Origin: an uncultured Chloroflexia bacterium
GTDB taxonomy: Bacteria; Chloroflexota; Limnocylindria; Limnocylindrales; CSP1-4
Direction: 5' to 3'
Assembly: GCA_963813535.1 (NCBI GenBank)
Contig: CAWEZH010000002.1
Coordinates: forward strand, 320,001-384,000
DNA: 64,000 nucleotides
Shown: positions 47,692 through 59,040 of the stretch, piece after piece
How the letters are laid out: each line of letters begins with the position of its first letter
Position numbering within the stretch: the first letter of the stretch is position 1
The notes under the pieces: generated by a model
What the model was told of the DNA's origin: nothing
Databases searched by the model: none
The model's input: only the letters and a program-made list of their open reading frames with translations
Position numbers and translations under genes: made by a program

Positions 47692-48951
47692 ATGATGTCG
47701 GTCGAGGCGATGCCTCCGGGGCCGCTCATCGACCCTGCCGACCCGGCCTTCGTCGCCGACCCGTATCCGGCCTACGCGCGCGTGCGCGAGGCGACGCCGG
47801 TATGGCATCCGGACGGAGGGCACCTCTGGTATCTGACCCGCTTCGCCGATGTCCACGCAGCGTTCCGCGATCGGCGACTCGGCACCACGTTCCTCCATCG
47901 CTACACGCCGGACGAGCTCGGCCTGGCGCCGGACATCCCGGTCTGGCGCGACCCGCGCTGGACCGACTTCCAGTCGTTCGAGCGCTGGGAGCTGCTCAAC
48001 CTCGAACCGCCACTCCACACGCGGCTGCGCCGTCTCGTCACCGAGGCGTTCACGCCGCGCACGGTCGAGGGGCTTCGTGCCGGCACCGAGGCTCGGGCGC
48101 GCTCGCTGCTCGAGCCCGGTCGCGCCGGAGGCTCGATCGACCTCGTCGGCGACTATGCGCAGTATTTCTCGCTCGGCATCATCTGCGCGCTGATCGGCGT
48201 CCCGCCGACCGACGAGACGATGATCCTGGCGTGGTCGGATGCGACGGTCCGCATGTACGAGCCTGAACCGTCCGACGAGCAGCAAGGCCTTTCGAACGAT
48301 GCCGCCGGGTCGTTCCGCCGGTACCTGCTCGACGTCGTCGCTGACCGGCGGCACGCCCCGACCGACGACCTGCTGTCGGCTCTCGTCGACGCGTCCGTCG
48401 ACGGCGAGCGGCTGACCGACGATCAGATCGTTTCGACCGCTATGGTCCTGTTGATGGCCGGCCACGAAGCCGCCGTGAATGCCACGGCCAACGGCGTCGC
48501 GCTCCTTGCGGCGCATCCCGATCAGTGGGGGCGCATCCGCGACGGCGAGGTCACGCCACGCGCGGCCATCGAGGAGATCCTCCGGTTCGACCCCCCGCTG
48601 CAGTGGTTCGAGCGCTGGGTCCTTGACGACCGGTTCGAGGTCGCCGGCGTCCCGATCCCGCTCGGTTCGCGCGTGGCGCTGGTGCTCGCGGCCGCCAATC
48701 GCGACCCGCGCCGCCACCCCGATCCGGAGCGATTCGACGTCGCGCGGCCCGACACGACCCATCTCTCGCTCGGGGGAGGGATCCACTTCTGCATCGGCGC
48801 GCCGCTGGCACGGCTCGAGCTCGAGACGACATTGACGGAGCTCGCCCGGACCGAGGCCGAGCTGGTCGTCCAGCCACCGGCAGTACGGCGGCCGACGTTC
48901 CAGTTCCGCGGCTACGACCGGCTGGTCGTCGCGTTGTCGGAGGAGCCGTGA
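47692..48951 (+). CDS. Cytochrome P450
   Basis: PPLHTRLR, I-helix AGHEA, ExxR (EILR), AANRDP, heme motif HLSLGGGIHFCIG; SD GGAGG. Confidence 0.94.
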   Translation: MMSVEAMPPGPLIDPADPAFVADPYPAYARVREATPVWHPDGGHLWYLTRFADVHAAFRDRRLGTTFLHRYTPDELGLAPDIPVWRDPRWTDFQSFERWELLNLEPPLHTRLRRLVTEAFTPRTVEGLRAGTEARARSLLEPGRAGGSIDLVGDYAQYFSLGIICALIGVPPTDETMILAWSDATVRMYEPEPSDEQQGLSNDAAGSFRRYLLDVVADRRHAPTDDLLSALVDASVDGERLTDDQIVSTAMVLLMAGHEAAVNATANGVALLAAHPDQWGRIRDGEVTPRAAIEEILRFDPPLQWFERWVLDDRFEVAGVPIPLGSRVALVLAAANRDPRRHPDPERFDVARPDTTHLSLGGGIHFCIGAPLARLELETTLTELARTEAELVVQPPAVRRPTFQFRGYDRLVVALSEEP

Positions 48952-49880
48952 TGGCCGCGCCGCGCATCGTCGTCGTCGGCAGCACGATGATCGACCTGGT
49001 CGCGTATGCGGACCGCCTGCCCGGCGACGGCGAGACGGTCGTCGGGACGAGCTACGAGACGGGCTTCGGCGGGAAGGGTGCGAACCAGGCCGTCATGGCC
49101 GCCCGGTTCGGGGCCGACGTCGCGATGGTCAACACGGTGGGGGACGACGGGCACGGGACGGCATACCTGGAGCGACTCGCGGCGGAGGGCATCGACACGA
49201 CCTTCATGCGCCGCGTCCCGGGATCGTCCGGCGTCGCGCCGATCTGGGTCGATGTCGACGGCACCAACCGGATCATCATCGTCCCGGGCGCGAACCGCCA
49301 GGTGCTGCCGGACGTCGCGGCCGAGGCGGTCGACGCCTTCCGGCCAGACGTCGTCATCGGCCAGTTCGAGATCCCGCAGGGGACGACGGCGGCGGGGTTC
49401 GCCGCCGCTCGCCGGATCGGTGCCGTGACCGTGCTGAACCCGGCGCCCGCGGCGTCCGTTGAGCCGCAACTGCTCGAGGTGACCGACTGGCTCGTACCCA
49501 ACGCGCCCGAGTTCGGGCTGATCGCGGGCCAGCCGCTCGATGGGTCACCCGACGAGGAGGTCGCACGGGTCCGTGCGCTCGCGGAACGGCTCGAGGTCTC
49601 GATGGTGGTGACGTTGGGCGGGCGAGGAGCACTCGTCCTGCCACGCGACGGCGAGGCATCGCTGGTCGAGGCCCGGCAGGTCCGGGCGGTCGACACGACG
49701 GGGGCCGGCGACGCGTTCCTGGGCGCCTTCGCGGTGGGCCTGGCGATGGGCCGCTACCCGGTCGCCGCAGTGCGGCTGGGATGCGCCGCGGCTGCGGACA
49801 GCGTGACTCGGCGCGGGACCCAGGCGTCCTATGCCGACCGGGCATCGGCCGCGGCGATCCTGGCCAGCACACCCGCGTAG
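48948..49880 (+). CDS. rbsK: Ribokinase (PfkB family)
   Basis: VVGS..D, GGKGANQA, GAN, NPAP, DTTGAGDAF; GTGA overlap with the P450. Confidence 0.85.
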   Translation: MMAAPRIVVVGSTMIDLVAYADRLPGDGETVVGTSYETGFGGKGANQAVMAARFGADVAMVNTVGDDGHGTAYLERLAAEGIDTTFMRRVPGSSGVAPIWVDVDGTNRIIIVPGANRQVLPDVAAEAVDAFRPDVVIGQFEIPQGTTAAGFAAARRIGAVTVLNPAPAASVEPQLLEVTDWLVPNAPEFGLIAGQPLDGSPDEEVARVRALAERLEVSMVVTLGGRGALVLPRDGEASLVEARQVRAVDTTGAGDAFLGAFAVGLAMGRYPVAAVRLGCAAAADSVTRRGTQASYADRASAAAILASTPA

Positions 49881-49889
49881 GATGCCGAG

Positions 49890-51020
49890 ATGACGGTCGC
49901 CGTCCCGCCCGCCCCAGCGCCGCGCGGGGGACTGCCGGTCCTCGGCCAGCTCTCGTCCATCGCCCGGATCGCGCTCGTTGCCACCCTGCTCGCAAGCCTC
50001 GTCGCGATCGTGCTGGACTTCGGGGTCCACGCCGACAAGAACCTGATCTTCATCGTCTCGGCCGGGGCGATCCTCGGTCTCGCCTGGGTGGTCGGCCTAT
50101 CGACCGAGCGGCTCGGGTCCCTCACCGGACCGCGCGTCGGCGGGATCCTCAACGCGACATTCGGCAACATCGCCGAACTGATCATCGCGTTCTTCGCGCT
50201 GCAGGCCGGCCTGATCGAGGTGGTGAAGGCCTCGCTGACCGGGTCGATCATCGGCAACCTGCTGCTCGTCCTCGGGGCCAGCATCCTGATCGGCGGGTTG
50301 CGGCATGGGACGCAGACCTTCAGCCAGCGGATCGCGTCGTCCAACGCAGCGCTGCTCGTCCTGGCGGTCATCGGGTTGTTCGTCCCGGCCGTGTTCGCCT
50401 TCACCACGAGCGACCCCGAACAGGGCACCCTGACCGAGGAATCGGTGCTCGTCGCGGTCGCGCTGATGGCCGGTTACGTCCTGTCGCTCATCTACCAGTT
50501 CACGAACCCCGAGGAGACCCTCGGTGGACATGGTGAGACCGGCGAGCACGGCGGGCCGGCGTGGACCGCCCGCATCGCGATCGTGGTCCTGGTCCTGGCG
50601 GCTGTGCTGCTCGCGGTCCTGTCCGAGATCCTGGTCGACTCGATCGAGACGTTCATCGATTCCTTCGGGCTGTCGACATTCTTCGTCGGCGTCGTGCTCG
50701 TCCCGACCATCGGCAACCTCGCCGAGCATCTCGTCGCGGTCCAGCTGGCGGCCAAGGACAAGATGGAGTTCGCGATGGCCGTGGCCTACGGCTCCAGCCT
50801 CCAGGTCGCCCTGTTCGTCGCGCCGATCCTGGTGGTCATCGGCGCCGTCATGGGCCAGCCGATGGACCTCGTGTTCACGCCGCTGGAGGTCGCGGCCGTG
50901 GCGGCGGCGGTCGGCATCAGCGCGCTGATCGCGCTCGACGGGGAATCCAACTGGCTCGAGGGCGCCCTGCTGACCCTCGTCTACATCATCCTGGCCATCT
51001 CGTTCTTCGAGGTGCGCTAG
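49890..51020 (+). CDS. Ca2+/H+ antiporter (CaCA family)
   Basis: NATFGNIAE, GSIIGNLLL, GNLAEH, GSSLQVAL, DGESNWLEG. Confidence 0.92.
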   Translation: MTVAVPPAPAPRGGLPVLGQLSSIARIALVATLLASLVAIVLDFGVHADKNLIFIVSAGAILGLAWVVGLSTERLGSLTGPRVGGILNATFGNIAELIIAFFALQAGLIEVVKASLTGSIIGNLLLVLGASILIGGLRHGTQTFSQRIASSNAALLVLAVIGLFVPAVFAFTTSDPEQGTLTEESVLVAVALMAGYVLSLIYQFTNPEETLGGHGETGEHGGPAWTARIAIVVLVLAAVLLAVLSEILVDSIETFIDSFGLSTFFVGVVLVPTIGNLAEHLVAVQLAAKDKMEFAMAVAYGSSLQVALFVAPILVVIGAVMGQPMDLVFTPLEVAAVAAAVGISALIALDGESNWLEGALLTLVYIILAISFFEVR

Positions 51021-51086
51021 GCCGAAGGTGACGCGGCGACGACACGGGAGGGGGAACGCGTCGCCGCCGCGTCGGTGTGAGCCGTG

Positions 51087-51569
51087 TCAGGCCGCGGCGC
51101 CTTCCGCGTCGTCGGCCTCGGCGTCGGGGTCGTCCTCGCCGTCATCGACGATCGCCTCGGCGGATTCCGGGATGGGCTCGGTGGGTGGCGCATCGCCGAG
51201 CCGCTCGGCCTGGGCGACGAGCGACTCCGCCGCCTGCTGGGCCTCGTAATCCTTCTTGCGCCGGCCCGAGAGCATCTCGACGTGCGAGGCCACGACCTCG
51301 GTCTTCCAGTGCCGGTTGCCGCGGTCGTCGTCCCACGAGCGTGTCTGGAGCCGACCCTCGATCGCGACCTGCTGGCCCTTGCCGAGGTACGTCCCGGCGA
51401 TCTCGGCGAGGCGATCCCAGGTCACGACGTTGCTGTACTCGGCCTTCTCGCGGCCACCACCGAGGAACTCGTTGCTGGCGACGGTGAACGTGGTGACGTT
51501 CTTGCCGCTGGCGAGGCTGCGCATCTCGGGGTCGCGCGTGAGGCGACCTGTCAGGAGGACCTTGTTCAC
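51087..51569 (-). CDS. ssb: Single-stranded DNA-binding protein (atypical C-terminus)
   Basis: NKVLLTGRLTRDPE, YLGKG..V.IEGRLQTRSW, TEVV; SD GGAAGGAG. Confidence 0.9.
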   Translation of the reverse strand: MNKVLLTGRLTRDPEMRSLASGKNVTTFTVASNEFLGGGREKAEYSNVVTWDRLAEIAGTYLGKGQQVAIEGRLQTRSWDDDRGNRHWKTEVVASHVEMLSGRRKKDYEAQQAAESLVAQAERLGDAPPTEPIPESAEAIVDDGEDDPDAEADDAEGAAA

Positions 51570-51714
51570 GGTCCGATCTCCTTCCCGGTCGGCCGGATGC
51601 TCCGGTGCCGACCCTGCGTCTACGGCGGGTCAGCCGGACGCTACCAAGGAGCGCTGCACGTCCACGTATCGGATCGTCGACCGTCGCTTACGCCGGTCGG
51701 AGCGACGTGCTCGA

Positions 51715-53457
<1,743 letters not shown>

Positions 53458-53577
53458 ACGCCAAGGCTAGGGGTCGGCTGGTCCGGGCCATAGCCGACCG
53501 GTGGTACCCCCCGTCCACGGCGGTGGTACCGACCCATCCCGAAACCGGCCCGCGACGCGTCGACCGCGATGGCCCGC

Positions 53578-53586
53578 TGCTATACT
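53578..53586 (+). promoter_or_regulatory. Extended -10 promoter upstream of the pur leader
   Basis: TGC-TATACT (TGnTATACT). Confidence 0.6.
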
Positions 53587-53589
53587 CCG

Positions 53590-53771
53590 CCCGTCCTCGA
53601 CCGCAGCGGGTTCGCCCCGCGAACCAGGAGGTCAACGATCGCGCGACTTCGGCGCATCGGCCGTCCCGTGAGGCGGTCGGGCGACCGCCGGACAGCGATC
53701 CGCCGACAGGTCGGCGGCTCGAGACGGGAGACGTATAACCAGGTCCCTGGCATATCGGCCGGGACCTTTTT
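53590..53771 (+). ncRNA. Candidate structured leader RNA / attenuator upstream of purA
   Basis: Several nested helices ending in a terminator hairpin with a U-tract; family not recognised. Confidence 0.45.
53741..53771 (+). terminator. Intrinsic terminator in the purA leader
   Basis: AGGTCCC(T)GGC...GCCGGGACCT followed by TTTT. Confidence 0.7.
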
Positions 53772-53776
53772 AGTTG

Positions 53777-53895
53777 GGCGGCGCTCATGCTCGCCCAGCG
53801 CCGCGTTGCCGCCTGCGCGCACTCGCTCACGCACCTCCAGGTGCGCTCGCTCGCGTGCTCGGCGTCGCCTTGCGCCGGGCGGCCTGAGCGCCGCC
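53777..53895. repeat. ERIC-like palindromic intergenic repeat, copy 2
   Basis: Terminal IR GGCGGCGCTCA/TGAGCGCCGCC; core shared with 17577-17650. Confidence 0.7.
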
Positions 53896-53912
53896 TGGCG
53901 GGAGTCGAGCTG

Positions 53913-55220
53913 ATGCCCGCGACGGTGATCGTCGGGCTCCAATGGGGCGACGAGGGCAAGGGCAAGACCACCGACTTCCTGGCCGAGCAGACCGCCATGG
54001 TCGTGCGCTACCAGGGGGGCGACAACGCCGGCCACACCGTGGTCCGTGGCGACGAGGTGTTCAAGCTCCGGTTGACCCCGTCCGGCGTCCTCTATCCGCA
54101 CATGACGTCGGTCATCGGCAACGGCGTCGTAGTCAACCCGCTGACCCTCATCGACGAGTTCGACATGCTCACGTCACGGGGTATCGACGTCGGCCGTGTG
54201 CGGGTCAGTCGCAGCGCGCACGTGATCATGCCCTATCACGTGGCCCTGGACCGGGCGAACGAGGCCCGTCTCGGCGGCGCGGCCGTAGGCACGACCGGGC
54301 GTGGGATCGGTCCCACCTACGCCGATCGGGCGTGGCGGCTTGGCCTCCGGATGGAGGACCTCCTCGACGCCGCCGTGCTCCACGAGCGGCTCGAACGCGT
54401 GTTGCCGGACAAGAACCTGCTGCTCGCCGCGATGGACGGCGGCGAGTTCTCCGTGGATGCGCTGGTGGAAGAGGCCCTCGGCTGGGGCGAGCGGCTGCGC
54501 GATCACCTGGACGACACGACCTGGCTCGTCCAGGGCGCACTGGCGCGCGGCGACCAGGTCCTGCTCGAAGGTGCCCAGGGCACGTTGCTCGACCTCGACC
54601 ACGGCAGCTATCCGTTCGTGACCTCGTCGAACCCGGTCGCCGGGGGCGCCTGCACGGGCGGCGGCATCGGCCCGCTCCAGGTCGATGAGGTCATCGGCGT
54701 CATGAAGGCCTACTCGACGCGTGTCGGGTCGGGCCCCTATCCGACCGAGCTCCTCGACGGCATCGGCAAGGGCATCGCCGAGCGCGGCAACGAGTACGGG
54801 ACGGTGACGGGCCGTCCGCGCAGGGTCGGCTGGTTCGATGTCGTCCCGCTGCGGTACGCCGTCGCCGTCAACAGCGTCAGCTCGATCATGCTCAACAAGC
54901 TCGACATCCTGTCGGGCATCGACCGACTGCGCCTGTGCGTCGCCTACGAGATCGACGGGCGCCGCATCGACACGTGGCCGTCGAGCGGCGCCGCTCTCGC
55001 GCGCGCGACGCCGATCTACGACGAGTACCCGGGCTGGTCCGAGCCGATCAACGGCGTGCGGTCGCTGAGCGACCTGCCGGAGAACGCGCGCCGCTACGTG
55101 AGCGCACTCGAGGACCATGCCGGTGTCCCGATCGTGCTGGTCTCGGTCGGCCCCGAGCGGACCCAGACCATCGAGCGCGCATGGCGATCGGTGCGCCAGC
55201 GCCAGGTCGTGCCGGCATGA
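53913..55220 (+). CDS. purA: Adenylosuccinate synthetase
   Basis: QWGDEGKGK, GGDNAGHT, GIGPTY, EGAQG..LD.DHG.YP.VTSS, TGRPRR.GW. Confidence 0.97.
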   Translation: MPATVIVGLQWGDEGKGKTTDFLAEQTAMVVRYQGGDNAGHTVVRGDEVFKLRLTPSGVLYPHMTSVIGNGVVVNPLTLIDEFDMLTSRGIDVGRVRVSRSAHVIMPYHVALDRANEARLGGAAVGTTGRGIGPTYADRAWRLGLRMEDLLDAAVLHERLERVLPDKNLLLAAMDGGEFSVDALVEEALGWGERLRDHLDDTTWLVQGALARGDQVLLEGAQGTLLDLDHGSYPFVTSSNPVAGGACTGGGIGPLQVDEVIGVMKAYSTRVGSGPYPTELLDGIGKGIAERGNEYGTVTGRPRRVGWFDVVPLRYAVAVNSVSSIMLNKLDILSGIDRLRLCVAYEIDGRRIDTWPSSGAALARATPIYDEYPGWSEPINGVRSLSDLPENARRYVSALEDHAGVPIVLVSVGPERTQTIERAWRSVRQRQVVPA

Positions 55221-56575
55221 GTCCAGCAGGTCTCGTCATGCCGACCCGCATCCTGGTCGTCGGGAGCGGTGGTCGCGAGCACGCGCTGGCGTGGAAGCTC
55301 GGTGGCGAGCCGGGCGTCAACGAGGTGACCGTCGCCCCGGGGAGCCACGCGATCGGCACCGAGCCGCGCGTCCGCACGCTCAAGGACGTCGATCCCCTCG
55401 ACCCGGAGAGCGTGGCATTCGTCGCGCGCGCGATCGCCGCCGAACTGGTCGTGATCGGCCCCGAGGCGCCGCTCGCGGCAGGTCTCACCGACGCGCTGAC
55501 GGAGGCCGGGATCACGGTCTTCGGTCCGACCGCCGCCGCCGCGCGGATCGAGTCGAGCAAGGCGTTCTGCCATGACGTCGCGGTGGCCGCCGGTGTCCCG
55601 ATGGCCCGTGCGGCCGCCTTCGCGACCGGTGAGCGCGAGCCCGCGTTCGCGTTCGCCCGTCAGCTCGCGGCCGAGGGGCGCGGGGTCGTCGTGAAAGCCG
55701 ACGGGCTCGCGGCCGGCAAGGGCGTGACCGTGTGTGACGGCATCGAGGACGCAGGGGCGGCGATCGACGCTCGCATCCAGGCAGATCCGATCGTCGTCGA
55801 GGAGCGACTCGAGGGTCGTGAGGCGAGCCTGATCGCCATCTGCGATGGCAAGGAAGCGCTGGCCCTGCCCATGGCCCGCGACCACAAGCGCCTGGGCGAC
55901 CTCGACACAGGGCCGAACACCGGTGGGATGGGTGCCTACAGTCCGCTCGAGGACCTTCCCGACGAGGCCGCGGACGACCTCATCGAACGGTTCCACCGGC
56001 CGCTGCTCGCGGAGCTGGCCAGGCGCGGCACCCCGTTCCGTGGTGCGCTCTATGCCGGACTGATCCTCACCGCCGACGGGCCCGTCCTGCTCGAGTGCAA
56101 CGCACGGTTCGGAGACCCCGAGACACAGGTGATCCTGCCCCGGCTTGCCGCGCCCCTTGGCCCGTTACTGCTGGCGGCAGCGAAGGGGCGGCTCAAGGCC
56201 GCAAGCAAGGCGATCGGCATCGAGGGTCATCGTGTGCCGACCCTCCCGGGCGCGGTCGTGGGCATCGTGCTGGCCGCGGCCGGCTATCCAGAGGCGCCGC
56301 GGGTCAGGGATGCCATCGATGGATTGCACGGCGCACGGGCGACCGGGGGTCTCGTGTTCCATGCCGGGACAGCACGGGACAGCGTCGGCGGGTACGAGAC
56401 GGCGGGTGGCCGGGTCCTGACGGTCGTCGGCCGTGGCGCGGACATCGCACAAGCGCGCACACAGGCCGAGTCGGCGGCCGAGCGCATCTCGTTCGACGGG
56501 CTCCAGCGCCGGCTCGACATCGGTCTCCAGGCGATGCTCACCGCGGGTGGGATCAGCGTGGGCAGTGCCCGGTGA
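55217..56575 (+). CDS. purD: Phosphoribosylamine--glycine ligase
   Basis: GSGGREHA, GPEAPL, KADGLAAGKGV, GPNTGGMG, NARFGDPE. Alternative ATG at 55238. Confidence 0.96.
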   Translation: MSPAGLVMPTRILVVGSGGREHALAWKLGGEPGVNEVTVAPGSHAIGTEPRVRTLKDVDPLDPESVAFVARAIAAELVVIGPEAPLAAGLTDALTEAGITVFGPTAAAARIESSKAFCHDVAVAAGVPMARAAAFATGEREPAFAFARQLAAEGRGVVVKADGLAAGKGVTVCDGIEDAGAAIDARIQADPIVVEERLEGREASLIAICDGKEALALPMARDHKRLGDLDTGPNTGGMGAYSPLEDLPDEAADDLIERFHRPLLAELARRGTPFRGALYAGLILTADGPVLLECNARFGDPETQVILPRLAAPLGPLLLAAAKGRLKAASKAIGIEGHRVPTLPGAVVGIVLAAAGYPEAPRVRDAIDGLHGARATGGLVFHAGTARDSVGGYETAGGRVLTVVGRGADIAQARTQAESAAERISFDGLQRRLDIGLQAMLTAGGISVGSAR

Positions 56576-57912
56576 TCCGTCGCTATACGCTGCCGGAGAT
56601 GGCTGCCATCTGGTCGGAGCAGGCGCGCTTCGAGCAGATCCTCCGGGTCGAGCTGGCCGTCGCCCGGGCGCAGGCTGCGCGAGGACTCATCCCGGCCGCC
56701 GCCCTCGAGGCGCTCGAGACACGTGCGACCATCGACGTCGAGCGCATCGCCGAGATCGAGCGCACGACCGACCACGACATCATCGCGTTCGTGAGCCAGG
56801 TCGCCCAGTCGGTCGGTCCGGAGGGGCGGTACCTCCATTTCGGACTCACCAGCAGCGACGTCGTCGATACCGGCCTCGCACTCCAGCTTCGAGCGGCCGG
56901 GGCGCGCCTGCTGGAGGATACCGATCGCCTCATCGAGGTCCTCGTGGTGCGCGCCCGCGCCGAGGCCGACACGACGATGATGGGCCGCACGCACTCGGTC
57001 CACGCCGAACCGACCACGTTCGGTCTCAAGGTCGCGAGCTGGGCGTTCGAGATCGATCGCGGTCGGACGCGGCTGGCCACGGCGGTCGACGAGATCGGCA
57101 CCGGCAAGATCTCGGGCCCGGTCGGGACCTACAGCCACCTCGACCCGGACATCGAGGCCGAGGTGCTCGCCGCTCTGGGACTGCACGCCGACCCGGCGAG
57201 CACGCAGATCGTGCAGCGTGACCGCCATGCGGCCCTGCTCGGAGCGATCGCGATCCTCGGCGGCAGCCTGGAGCGGATCGCGACCGAGATCCGCAACCTG
57301 CAGCACACGGAGATCGGCGAGGTCCAGGAGCCGTTCAAGGTCGGGCAGAAGGGCTCGAGCGCGATGCCCCACAAGCGCAACCCGATCCTGTCCGAGCGGA
57401 TCTCGGGGCTGGCCCGACTGCTGCGCGGGTATGCGGCCACGGCGCTCGAGGACCAGCCACTCTGGCACGAACGGGATATCAGCCATTCGAGCGCGGAGCG
57501 CGTGATCCTGCCCGACTCTACGATCCTCCTGGACTACATGCTCGTCCGGATGACCGGGCTCATCGATGGCCTCGTCGTCCGATCCGAGCGGATGCGCGAG
57601 AACATCACCCGTGGCCTGGGCCTCCACGCCAGCAGCCGGGTCCTCGTCGCCCTCGTCGAGAAGGGCGGGATCGGTCGTGACGAGGCCTACGCGATCGTCC
57701 AGCGAGCCGCGCTCCGGGCCGCCGACGAGCGCGCGCCGCTGCGCGAACTGCTGGCGTTGGACCCCGTGGTGGCGCAGAAGCTGCCGCTCGCGGACCTCGA
57801 CGCCTGCTTCGACGAATCGACGTTCCTGCGCAACGTGCACCAGGTCATCGCCAGGCTCGACACGCTCGCTGCACGGTCCCCGACGACGGAGGCGACCCGT
57901 GCTGACGGCTGA
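56572..57912 (+). CDS. purB: Adenylosuccinate lyase
   Basis: IRRYTLPEM, HFGLTSSD, GRTH, GSSAMPHKRNP, WHERDISHS. Confidence 0.96.
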   Translation: MIRRYTLPEMAAIWSEQARFEQILRVELAVARAQAARGLIPAAALEALETRATIDVERIAEIERTTDHDIIAFVSQVAQSVGPEGRYLHFGLTSSDVVDTGLALQLRAAGARLLEDTDRLIEVLVVRARAEADTTMMGRTHSVHAEPTTFGLKVASWAFEIDRGRTRLATAVDEIGTGKISGPVGTYSHLDPDIEAEVLAALGLHADPASTQIVQRDRHAALLGAIAILGGSLERIATEIRNLQHTEIGEVQEPFKVGQKGSSAMPHKRNPILSERISGLARLLRGYAATALEDQPLWHERDISHSSAERVILPDSTILLDYMLVRMTGLIDGLVVRSERMRENITRGLGLHASSRVLVALVEKGGIGRDEAYAIVQRAALRAADERAPLRELLALDPVVAQKLPLADLDACFDESTFLRNVHQVIARLDTLAARSPTTEATRADG

Positions 57913-58783
57913 CCGCTACCTCCGCTCGGGCAAGGTCCGCGACCTGTACCAGCTCCCCGACGGACGGCTGATGCTCGTGGCGTCAGACCGCATCAGCGCG
58001 TTCGATGTCGTGCTCCCGACCGAGATCCCCGACAAGGGCCGCGTGCTGACCGGGCTGTCGAGGTTCTGGTTCGCCGAGACCGCCTCGATGCTGCCGAACC
58101 ACCTGCTTTCCACCGACGACGGCGGCGACCCCGCCCGTCGGGGGCGGGTCATGGTGTGTCGCCCGACCGACGTCGTCCCGATCGAAGCCGTCGTCCGCGG
58201 CTACCTCGCCGGTTCGGGCTGGAAGGAATATCGCGACGCAGGCACTGTGTGCGGCATCGCGCTTCCGTCCGGTCTCCGAGAGAGCGACCGCTTGCCCGAG
58301 CCCATCTTCACGCCGGCGACCAAGGCCGAGATGGGCGAGCACGACGAGAACATCGACTTCGGGCGGATGGTCGCCAGCGTCGGGCTGGAGACGGCCGAAC
58401 GGATCCGCGAGCTGTCGCTGCTCATGTATCGATACGCGGCCACGCTGACCGAGCGGCGCGGGATCATCCTGGCCGACACGAAGTTCGAGTTCGGTGTGGA
58501 TCGAGCGACCGGTGAGCTGCTCCTGATCGACGAGGCGTTGACGCCCGACTCGTCCCGGTTCTGGGACGCAGCGACGTACGAGCCGGGTCGGCAGCAGGCC
58601 AGCTTCGACAAGCAGTTCGTGCGCGACTGGCTCGAGACGCAGCCCTGGGACAAGACCGCCCCCGGGCCGCCGTTACCCGATGATGTCGTTGCCGGTACCC
58701 GCACGCGCTATGTCGCGGCCTTCGAGCGGGTCACCGGTGCGAGCTTCGAGCGGTATCTCAGGGAGGACGTCATCGCCCGATGA
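57899..58783 (+). CDS. purC: SAICAR synthetase
   Basis: [39 protein letters not shown]. Confidence 0.96.
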   Translation: MLTADRYLRSGKVRDLYQLPDGRLMLVASDRISAFDVVLPTEIPDKGRVLTGLSRFWFAETASMLPNHLLSTDDGGDPARRGRVMVCRPTDVVPIEAVVRGYLAGSGWKEYRDAGTVCGIALPSGLRESDRLPEPIFTPATKAEMGEHDENIDFGRMVASVGLETAERIRELSLLMYRYAATLTERRGIILADTKFEFGVDRATGELLLIDEALTPDSSRFWDAATYEPGRQQASFDKQFVRDWLETQPWDKTAPGPPLPDDVVAGTRTRYVAAFERVTGASFERYLREDVIAR

Positions 58784-59040
58784 GCAGCCACCGGTTCGCT
58801 GTGAATGTGACGCCCAAGCCGGGCATCCTCGACCCGCAGGGGCGCGCCGTCGAGGGGAGCCTCGGACATCTCGGCATCGACGGCGTCACGTCCGTCCGCG
58901 TCGGCCGGCGGGTCGAGTTGACGGTCGAGGCGGCCGACGAGTCGGCGGCGCGCGTCGTGGTCGAACGGCTGGCCTCCGAGTTGCTGGCGAACCAGCTCAT
59001 CGAGGCGTACGCCATCGAATCGATCGGGGCTGTCGCCTGA
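58780..59040 (+). CDS. purS: FGAM synthase subunit PurS
   Basis: [17 protein letters not shown]. Confidence 0.93.
   Translation: MSSHRFAVNVTPKPGILDPQGRAVEGSLGHLGIDGVTSVRVGRRVELTVEAADESAARVVVERLASELLANQLIEAYAIESIGAVA

Noticed and set aside
51030-51073. Hairpin between the convergent antiporter and ssb genes
   Set aside because: Imperfect GC-rich stem without a U-tract; at most an ordinary bidirectional terminator.
53730-53770. Canonical purine (guanine/adenine) riboswitch suggested by CGTATAAC...ATAT.GG
   Set aside because: The TTTCTACC junction and the P3 arm are absent; the stem is the terminator.
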